Of a stretch of DNA of 52,425 nucleotides, positions 45,868 to 52,425 are shown one piece after another. The stretch's first letter is position 1, and each line of letters opens with the position of its first letter. The notes under the pieces are model-generated. The model had not been told where the DNA came from. It searched no databases and saw only the letters and a program-made list of their open reading frames with translations. Both the position numbers and the translations under genes were made by a program. This DNA is from a virus. Taxonomy: Duplodnaviria; Caudoviricetes. The DNA lies in IMG/VR virus record IMGVR_UViG_3300025000_000136, positions 1 to 52,425 of that record; one strand, written 5' to 3'.

Positions 45868-46035
45868 ATGGACGAGTTGGAAAAAAAGAAGAAAGGTGCA
45901 TTTTCTTTCTTGCGTGCAATCGGTTTGGGTAAAAACAAGAAAGACACTCCAGATAAGAATGTGTTCTACGCAGGCAATGTAACAACAAATGCTAATAAGC
46001 GAAAGAAGATGTTGGATGAGGCAGCAGGGAAATAG
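45868..46035 (+). CDS. 55-aa basic hypothetical protein
   Basis: Read by eye; TAAGGAG RBS. Confidence 0.55.
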   Translation: MDELEKKKKGAFSFLRAIGLGKNKKDTPDKNVFYAGNVTTNANKRKKMLDEAAGK

Positions 46036-46057
46036 AGCAACTTAAAAGGATAACCAA

Positions 46058-46312
46058 ATGATTTCAGCAGAACAATTCCAAGAATGGAAAAATCATCCAG
46101 TGACGAAAGAATTATTTGTAGAACTTAAAAAGACTAAGCAATCAATAATTGATCAACTTGCTAATGGCAATAGCATAGGTGCAGATGCACAGGCAACGCA
46201 TGGATTTACTAGCCGAGCAGTTGGCCAAATAGATGGCCTTAATCAGATTTTGAATATTTCGTTTGAAGGTGATTCTGTAGCTAGCGAAGTTGACGAACGA
46301 AGCGGTTACTAA
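46058..46312 (+). CDS. Hypothetical head-module protein
   Basis: 84 aa (FQEWKNHPVT) between portal and GroES. Confidence 0.65.
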   Translation: MISAEQFQEWKNHPVTKELFVELKKTKQSIIDQLANGNSIGADAQATHGFTSRAVGQIDGLNQILNISFEGDSVASEVDERSGY

Positions 46313-46348
46313 GGTAACTGATAATAATTATTTAAAAGGGTAATAATT

Positions 46349-46681
46349 ATGAGCACAGACATTATGGATATTAATCAATCTGGCATTCTTCCAACTGGCG
46401 GGCACTTGTTGGTACTTCCTGAGAAAGTAGAAGAGAAAACGAAAGGTGGGATCATTATTCCAGAGTCTACTCGGGAAAAGGAACAGCAGGCAGCTACGAT
46501 AGGCAAGTTGATTGCTATCGGACCTACGGCTTGGAAAGACCTCGATGATGGTTCTGCCTGGGCAGAGGCCGGAGATAAGATTAGTTATTCTCGATATGCT
46601 GGCGTGACCATGACTGGCAAGGATGATGAATCTTATGTATTGATTAATGACAATGATGTTTTGGCTCGGTTACTCTTTTAA
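46349..46681 (+). CDS. groES: Co-chaperonin GroES-like protein
   Basis: P.G..LLV.P...EEKTKGGIIIP, G...A.GP, GD......YAG, LIND.DVLA. Confidence 0.92.
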   Translation: MSTDIMDINQSGILPTGGHLLVLPEKVEEKTKGGIIIPESTREKEQQAATIGKLIAIGPTAWKDLDDGSAWAEAGDKISYSRYAGVTMTGKDDESYVLINDNDVLARLLF

Positions 46682-46693
46682 ATAGGTGTTATT

Positions 46694-47653
46694 ATGTCCG
46701 AAGAATTTGTACAAGACATTATTGCGAGTGCAGAGAATAAAAGTTCTTCTACAGAAGCAACAGATCTCATTAGCACGCTTACTAATGCTGCTATTGATTC
46801 CGCTGTTGTGGCAGCTAAATCTGGTGATGACGGATCTTCCAATCAAACCAAAACCCCTAACGGTAATGCTGATTCCGGTCAATCCAAATCTACGCCATCT
46901 GTAGAAGAACTTGCTGCACAACTTGGTTGGAGAGCTGACCATGTGGGTGAAGACGCTGTTGATGCTGCCACGTATATTCTGAGATCGAAAGATATTCAGA
47001 AGTCCATGAGTAAGCATAACAAGGACCTGAAAGAGAACCTGAGCACAGTTCAGGCATCTATTAATGCACTCAAAGAACACAATGAAAGGGTGTATCAAGC
47101 TGATGTAAAACGTCTCCAAGGTGAGATCGCTGCTCTTAAGAAGGAACGCAAATCTGCAATTGAGCTGGCTGATGTAGATAAGGTCGAAGAGCTGGATGCC
47201 CAGATTGAAGAGAAGCAAAAAGATATTGCTGCTCCAAAAATGGATACAGGTTCCAAGCCTGATGAGGTTGTCAATCCGGTGTTTGATGAATGGATTCAGG
47301 ACAACCAATGGTATTTGGAAGATCCTGAGATGGCGCAGTTCGCTGATAGTGTGGCACAGAATTATGTAGGTGCTCCGCTGGAAAGGATCTACTCAGTTGT
47401 GCGGCAGAAAGTTCAGGAGATTTTTCCAGAGAAGTTTAGTTCACCTCAGTCTGCTACGGTTGCTAAGGTGGCAAGTAAGCCCATTGGACCGGTATCTCCA
47501 GTTGATAAAGGATCAAATGGTAAAGGTTCAGCCTCTACTTTTACTAAGGCCGATCTTACACCAGATCAGGTTAGTATAATGAATCAATTTGTTCGCGGAG
47601 GCATTATGACCGAAGAACAATACATTAATGATATTGCAAGAATGCAAGAATAA
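46694..47653 (+). CDS. Putative scaffolding protein
   Basis: Acidic/coiled-coil 319 aa with W...N.WY and a C-terminal MTEEQY helix, upstream of the capsid genes. Confidence 0.7.
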   Translation: MSEEFVQDIIASAENKSSSTEATDLISTLTNAAIDSAVVAAKSGDDGSSNQTKTPNGNADSGQSKSTPSVEELAAQLGWRADHVGEDAVDAATYILRSKDIQKSMSKHNKDLKENLSTVQASINALKEHNERVYQADVKRLQGEIAALKKERKSAIELADVDKVEELDAQIEEKQKDIAAPKMDTGSKPDEVVNPVFDEWIQDNQWYLEDPEMAQFADSVAQNYVGAPLERIYSVVRQKVQEIFPEKFSSPQSATVAKVASKPIGPVSPVDKGSNGKGSASTFTKADLTPDQVSIMNQFVRGGIMTEEQYINDIARMQE

Positions 47654-47668
47654 GAATTGGAGATTAGT

Positions 47669-48085
47669 ATGTCTGAGCAAAATACAACCAATAGTACATC
47701 TAAGCCTGTGGAACAAGTCCGCAAAAGAATTCCTCTTGGATCACGTAACATTTTGACTGCACCGCAAAAGCCGGGATTCGTGCGCCGGTTTGTGAATGAT
47801 ACTGGAGATCGAGTTCAGATGTTCAAGGATGCTGGATGGAACGCTGTTGACGATGGATCACCTGTTGGGGATGCTAAGTTGGGAAGGCCGACCAATATTG
47901 GGAGTGCTTCCAATCCTCATGTGGGTGGTGGTAAAAGGGCAGTTCTAATGGAGATTCCAGAAGAGATTTATGAGGCAGACCGCGCCGAATCACAAGCCAA
48001 GATTAGTGCCGTAGAAAGTCAGATTAAGCGAAACTCTCGTAGCGAGGGTAAAGATGGTTTGTCAGGAAGTGTGACAATTTCGTAA
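47669..48085 (+). CDS. Hypothetical head-module protein
   Basis: PGFVRRFVND...GW...LMEIP; ATG at 47669 after GGAG. Confidence 0.65.
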   Translation: MSEQNTTNSTSKPVEQVRKRIPLGSRNILTAPQKPGFVRRFVNDTGDRVQMFKDAGWNAVDDGSPVGDAKLGRPTNIGSASNPHVGGGKRAVLMEIPEEIYEADRAESQAKISAVESQIKRNSRSEGKDGLSGSVTIS

Positions 48086-48115
48086 AATTTAAATCTTTTT
48101 TGTTGAGGTAAAGAT

Positions 48116-48712
48116 ATGGCTAATACAGATACTCCTTTCGGCTTTAAGCCGGTTAAGCATTTGAATGGTTCTCCTTGGAATGGCAAGATAAGTGTTTATT
48201 ATATTCCCGCTACTGATAACGTAGCAACTTTTGTTGGTGATGCGGTTAAGGGTGCCGGGTCTGCTGATGCTACTGGCAAGTATCCGACTGTAACTCAGGC
48301 TACTGCTGGTGCAGCTGTGCGAGGTGTAGTAATTGGTTTCGGAGATAATCCGTATGTAATGAATCATCCGGATACACCGAATCGCACTTATCGCCCGGCA
48401 TCTACGGCAATGTATGCATTTGTGGTGGATGATCCTCAGGTTATCTTTGAAGTGCAGGAAGACAGCGATGCAAACTCTATCACTGCTGCAATGGTTGGTC
48501 TTTCGACGAACTTTGTAGTTGGCACTGGTTCGACTGTAACTGGTAAGTCTGCGATGGAGCTTGATTCCAGCGATACTGCAACTGACACTACTGGAAATTG
48601 TCGAATTCTGCGCTTGGCTAACCGGGAAGATAATGATCTTGGTGATTATGCCAAGTGGGAAATTCTTTTCGGCGAGCATGAACTTGGTCTTACCATTTCG
48701 ACTGATGTTTAA
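48116..48712 (+). CDS. Putative capsid decoration/cement protein
   Basis: MANTDTPFGFKPV...VVDDP..IFEVQ, directly upstream of the major capsid gene; GAGGT RBS. Confidence 0.65.
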   Translation: MANTDTPFGFKPVKHLNGSPWNGKISVYYIPATDNVATFVGDAVKGAGSADATGKYPTVTQATAGAAVRGVVIGFGDNPYVMNHPDTPNRTYRPASTAMYAFVVDDPQVIFEVQEDSDANSITAAMVGLSTNFVVGTGSTVTGKSAMELDSSDTATDTTGNCRILRLANREDNDLGDYAKWEILFGEHELGLTISTDV

Positions 48713-48763
48713 TTAGTTGAACATTAACTATAACTATTTAATCATCATTTAAAGGAGCTTATA

Positions 48764-49687
48764 ATGGGTATTATTACTACTAGTAATTTTGCAAAAGATC
48801 TGGTGCCTGGTGTAAAGACTTGGTTCGGGCAGAAGTATAAAGAGTATCCGATTGAATATTTGGACATATTTGAAAAGGGTACTTCGAGTAAGGCTTTCGA
48901 AGAGGAAGCTGGTGTAACTGGGTTTGGGCTGGCTGCAGTGAAGACTGAAGGCGCCGGGGTTGCATATGACGAGCAAGAGCAGGGATTTGTAAGTCGCTAC
49001 ACTCATGTAACGTACGGCCTGGGATTTATTATTACTCGGGAAATGTATGAAGATGGGATCGCGGTCACTGTTGCTCTGCGGCGAGCCAATGCTTTGGCCT
49101 TCTCAATTCGGCAGACTAAAGAGATTATTGCTGCTAACGTATTGAATCGGGCGTTTACTGCTGCGTATACTATGGGAACTAATTCTGATGGCAAGGAGCT
49201 TTGTGCTACTGATCATCCTAACAAGTCTGGTGGTACATGGCGGAATGAGCTGAGTGTTGCTGCAGATCTTAGTGAAGCAGCTTTGGAACAGGCTTGCATT
49301 GACATCGCTGCCTTTACAACTGATCGTGGCCTGAAGATCGCGATTATGCCTCAGAAGTTGATCATTCCCACGGCTCTTGAGTTTGACGCCATGAGGATTC
49401 TCGAATCCATCGGGCAGTCTGGCTCAGCGAACAATGATATCAATGCGTTGAAGGCTTCGAAGAAGTTCCCTCAGGGAATCTCGGTAAATCATTATCTCAC
49501 GGATACCGATGCTTGGTTCATTAAGACAAACTGCCCGGATGGTCTGAAGTATATGGAGCGTCGTCCTGATGCCTTTGGGACTGAGAATGACTTTGATACT
49601 GAGAATGCCAAGTTCAAAGCAACTTTCCGGGGTTCGTTTGGTTGGTCCGATCCGCGAGGGATTTTTGGTTCGCCTGGTGCAGCATGA
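48764..49687 (+). CDS. Major capsid protein (HK97 fold, Mu gpT-like)
   Basis: K.L.PG....FG..Y, S..AFEE, K.EG..V.YD, ITRE..ED, P..LIIP..L, YLTD.DAWF, FGWSDPRGIFGSPG; strong RBS. Confidence 0.9.
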   Translation: MGIITTSNFAKDLVPGVKTWFGQKYKEYPIEYLDIFEKGTSSKAFEEEAGVTGFGLAAVKTEGAGVAYDEQEQGFVSRYTHVTYGLGFIITREMYEDGIAVTVALRRANALAFSIRQTKEIIAANVLNRAFTAAYTMGTNSDGKELCATDHPNKSGGTWRNELSVAADLSEAALEQACIDIAAFTTDRGLKIAIMPQKLIIPTALEFDAMRILESIGQSGSANNDINALKASKKFPQGISVNHYLTDTDAWFIKTNCPDGLKYMERRPDAFGTENDFDTENAKFKATFRGSFGWSDPRGIFGSPGAA

Positions 49688-49696
49688 TAACTTGCT

Positions 49697-49710
49697 GTTC
49701 ATAAGTGAAC
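49697..49710. promoter_or_regulatory. GTTCA-N4-TGAAC palindrome, copy 4
   Basis: GTTCATAAGTGAAC just after the capsid gene. Confidence 0.55.
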
Positions 49711-49732
49711 GCAAATTAATTATTTCATTACT

Positions 49733-49764
49733 GGCACTGGTAGAAGCCAATATCTACCAGTGCT
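49733..49764 (+). terminator. Hairpin after the major capsid gene
   Basis: GGCACTGGTAGA/TCTACCAGTGCT 12-bp stem; weak U-tail. Confidence 0.55.
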
Positions 49765-49784
49765 ACTCTTAAAGGAGTGGTAAA

Positions 49785-50210
49785 ATGGGAAAGTATTCGT
49801 TTGGGAAGAACGGCCCGACATTTAATGATATTTCAATGCTTCCTGCAACTGGAACTGTAGTAACTGCCTTTAACTCTGTAACAACTACTGCAACTCCAGC
49901 AGTAGGATCATGTGCTGTTCAATTTGTTTTTAAAGATGCTGCAGGTAATGCTCTTACTGCTCCTGTGAGTGGGCTACTTTATTTGAGTGAGGTAGCTACG
50001 GGGCTTACTAATGATCTGGCTGATACAACTCTTGCAGTGCTCACCAATGGGGCTTTGAAGAATCTCGGAAGTGCCGGACCAAGTTTGTTTACCACAACTG
50101 CTGCTGGCCTACTTGGATTGACGATTACTGCTCTTGCTGATAACTACTGGGTAGTGTTTGTCAAACCGGATGGGACGCTGCTAATTTCTGATGTTTGCAC
50201 AGTTAGTTAA
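49785..50210 (+). CDS. Virion protein (Thr/Ala-rich, beta-rich)
   Basis: 141 aa, AAAGGAG RBS, follows the capsid gene. Confidence 0.6.
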   Translation: MGKYSFGKNGPTFNDISMLPATGTVVTAFNSVTTTATPAVGSCAVQFVFKDAAGNALTAPVSGLLYLSEVATGLTNDLADTTLAVLTNGALKNLGSAGPSLFTTTAAGLLGLTITALADNYWVVFVKPDGTLLISDVCTVS

Positions 50211-50225
50211 TTAAGTAACTTTAAC

Positions 50226-50261
50226 TTTCCATAGAAACGTATGTATTTGTTTCTGTGGAAA
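50226..50261 (+). terminator. Hairpin terminator candidate
   Basis: TTTCCATAGAAAC/GTTTCTGTGGAAA stem with a T-rich tract downstream. Confidence 0.55.
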
Positions 50262-50310
50262 CTTAAGTTTATTTGTAAGATCAACATCATAATTACTATG
50301 AGGTATTAAT

Positions 50311-50574
50311 ATGATTGGTGTAACTGGAAGATTACCTAAAGATGACGGAAATATATCTGTACAAGTTTTTACTCCATATAAGATTATAGCAGCTGAAGCT
50401 GGTGTTGCAGTTACATTTGCAAGTACTGATATTGCTTTCAGAGTTCCTGATCTAAATACTCTTGCAATTTCTGGATCTACTCCAACTACAACTTTGCAAG
50501 CTGGAAGTATTACTGGAATTATCGCTGGATTAACTTATACATTTACGACGGCAGCTTCTGTTGAGGTAATGTAA
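50311..50574 (+). CDS. Small virion protein
   Basis: 87 aa, GAGGT RBS, TAATG overlap with the next gene. Confidence 0.6.
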   Translation: MIGVTGRLPKDDGNISVQVFTPYKIIAAEAGVAVTFASTDIAFRVPDLNTLAISGSTPTTTLQAGSITGIIAGLTYTFTTAASVEVM

Positions 50575-51902
50575 TGCAGTTAATGAATTTTGGCATGGGA
50601 CTTGGTTCTAATGGAGGTAATGCTCCCTGGATAACCGACATCCACAATGGCATCGTCAACCCGAACTTCACCTACACCGGCGGCCAGGCCATAGTCCCCG
50701 ACGAGGACGGTATCCTCCGTCGCACACCAGCGGGGTATCCTGCCGTGGAAGGTGGGGCATGGAGTGGTACGAATTGGCTTCCGCCCACAGCAGGCACCAC
50801 CCGCACCATCAGCACCCGCAAAGGCTCACGCCAGATCCAGACCGCTGACACCTTCGAGGGGATGCTGGTTGAGCCTGCGATGACGAATAAGCTGACTTGC
50901 ATGAAGTCGAATCCCACAGCTACTACGAACATCACTCTGACCGGCGATGGAGCAGCTGTGCTGTCTGTGGTGACTGATCCAGCTACTTATCTCTCAGGGG
51001 CTGGATTGGCTGATATATGCACCACGAATAAGATTTACAAGTGGGACAACTCGCTCGGAGTCGGAGCAGCCATTGCTGTCCTTGGCGGGACTACTAACAA
51101 TGTCAATGTTCACAGTTATTCGATGTACATCATTGCTGCTGTAGGTGCAGGTACGGTCTATCTCAGAACAGATGCAGCGGATGCCGTAGCGATCCCGGCT
51201 ACCTTCCAGCGGCTGAAGAAAGAGAACGTCACTCCAGACACCACGGCAAGACAGGTAAGGATTGCCATTGATGCAGGGGCGATTGTCTACTTCATCCTCC
51301 CCCAGTTAGAAGAGTCCCCATTCTGCACCTCCCCAATAGCCCCAGCAGCCGACACAGCAGCAGCACAGACACGGACAGCGCGTGTGGTGAGTGCGAGCAC
51401 TGCCGGGGTGTTTCCGAGTAGTGGGCAGGATTTTGCTGTGTTTATGAGGGTGATTCCGGAGGGTAGTTTGCAGGCAGCCATTACTACAAAAGATCTTTTT
51501 TCTACAGCCATTGATGGTGATAACTACTGGGAAATCTTCATAGACTCAGCAAGCATTTATCAGAGAGCAAGGGTATCAGGAGTTAATACTTTGATAAGTA
51601 TAGGTTATACTCATGCTGTTGGCATATCTGCGGATATTCTCTCAATAAGAACTGCTATGGGGATGGCTATTAAAGTCAGAATTGGCGCGGGTGAGTGGTC
51701 TGCTTGGACAATAAACGAAGCTGCTGCGGCAAAAGTCGCAGCGATTATTGGCTCTACGTATCAGGTAGGGGCAAAACTTAACATATCTCAATTCGCAGCC
51801 AACTTCTCCCGCACAGCCATCATAGCCATGCCACCCAAGGCAACCCTGGCAGAGTATCAGAGCTGGATTGAGGATGAGCTTACACTGAGGGGGCTGATAT
51901 GA
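50574..51902 (+). CDS. Putative head-spike/fibre or carbohydrate-binding virion protein
   Basis: 442 aa; G.LVEP..TN, PQLEE....TS.I and TR.A motifs typical of phage spike/fibre proteins; beta-rich C-terminus. Confidence 0.6.
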   Translation: MQLMNFGMGLGSNGGNAPWITDIHNGIVNPNFTYTGGQAIVPDEDGILRRTPAGYPAVEGGAWSGTNWLPPTAGTTRTISTRKGSRQIQTADTFEGMLVEPAMTNKLTCMKSNPTATTNITLTGDGAAVLSVVTDPATYLSGAGLADICTTNKIYKWDNSLGVGAAIAVLGGTTNNVNVHSYSMYIIAAVGAGTVYLRTDAADAVAIPATFQRLKKENVTPDTTARQVRIAIDAGAIVYFILPQLEESPFCTSPIAPAADTAAAQTRTARVVSASTAGVFPSSGQDFAVFMRVIPEGSLQAAITTKDLFSTAIDGDNYWEIFIDSASIYQRARVSGVNTLISIGYTHAVGISADILSIRTAMGMAIKVRIGAGEWSAWTINEAAAAKVAAIIGSTYQVGAKLNISQFAANFSRTAIIAMPPKATLAEYQSWIEDELTLRGLI

Positions 51903-52264
51903 GCTATCTGGATAACATGCGAACAGTAATCCTCCGCATCAAGACCACGAAAGAGAAGGTCAAGGATGCTGAGTTGGGCCTCAAGAACGCAAAGTACTTT
52001 GAAGATAAGATCAACAAGGATGCTGAGAGGGATGAAGACCTCTTCAAGCATAACTGTACGAGGGTTCAGGAAGGGTATATCAGGGTTCCTTTTGATCTTG
52101 ATACCATTGAGAAGTTGAAGCTCTACCTGAGGGATACCATTTCAGATAACTTTGAGTTAGTCTTGGTGGAAGAGAACGGGCAGACTGAGTTTATGCTGCC
52201 TAGTGGGGAGTTACTTGGTTATATGAGTGGGTATCCTGTTTATACACCAACTATTAAGGAGTGA
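51899..52264 (+). CDS. Hypothetical protein
   Basis: 121 aa, ATGA overlap. Confidence 0.6.
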   Translation: MSYLDNMRTVILRIKTTKEKVKDAELGLKNAKYFEDKINKDAERDEDLFKHNCTRVQEGYIRVPFDLDTIEKLKLYLRDTISDNFELVLVEENGQTEFMLPSGELLGYMSGYPVYTPTIKE

Positions 52265-52265
52265 T

Positions 52266-52425
52266 ATGAAAAGATTATTGATCACACTGATGTTGTGCCT
52301 GTGTCCTGTAGCGGCTATGGCTGCGCCTGGATGGGAAAGATCTATCACCGCCGAATGGGGCTATGACGCTCCAGCCGATCTGGTCCTCACCGGCTTTCGG
52401 ATGTATCAAGAAGGCGTTGCAGTCT
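52266..52425 (+). CDS. Signal-peptide-bearing protein, truncated at window end
   Basis: AAGGAG RBS; MKRLLITLMLCLCPVAAMA-APGWERSITAEWGY...GFRMY. Confidence 0.6.
   Translation, partial: MKRLLITLMLCLCPVAAMAAPGWERSITAEWGYDAPADLVLTGFRMYQEGVAV

Noticed and set aside
49680-49790. Capsid read-through or frameshift extension
   Set aside because: The capsid gene ends in a double stop (TGATAA), no slippery heptamer is evident, and the next gene has its own strong RBS.
50574-51902. Diversity-generating retroelement target
   Set aside because: No reverse transcriptase and no template/variable repeat pair seen in the window.
1-52425. Alternative genetic code or integrated prophage
   Set aside because: Long genes translate intact in the standard code with all three stops used; no integrase, repressor, att-like junction or host genes are visible in this window.

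Overview
The whole window is a contiguous piece of a tailed dsDNA phage genome (Caudoviricetes; podovirus-like, judged from a P22-type terminase/portal, a giant ejection-type protein and no tape-measure or tail-tube gene). It is circularly permuted. + strand 1-10.2 kb: end of the virion module, including a 2372-aa polyvalent/ejection protein. - strand 10.3-40.1 kb: early and replication genes (ThyX, DnaQ-like exonuclease, DUF3987-like NTPase, UDG-fused family A DNA polymerase, ParB-methyltransferase, Mom/DUF4338-like protein, MazG-like protein, NAD-dependent ligase, SSB-like protein, HNH endonuclease, Sak4-like ATPase, Cas4-like nuclease, intein-containing UvrD-like helicase, NADAR and many small hypotheticals). 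+ strand 40.9-52.4 kb: terminase, portal, Tad2-like sponge, GroES, scaffold, capsid and downstream virion genes. No integrase, repressor, tRNA, CRISPR array or reverse transcriptase was seen. The most notable unexplained signals are two structured intergenic RNA candidates (23.5 and 27.2 kb), a GTTCA-N4-TGAAC palindrome in four intergenic regions, a C-terminal helical motif shared by four early/middle proteins, an HNH insertion that left a fossil copy of its neighbour's 3' end, a nearly G-free CAAA-repeat leader before the SSB-like gene, an intein with a GIY-YIG-like rather than LAGLIDADG core, and a DNA-modification/anti-defence gene set. All family calls come from motif recognition by eye; no database searches were run.
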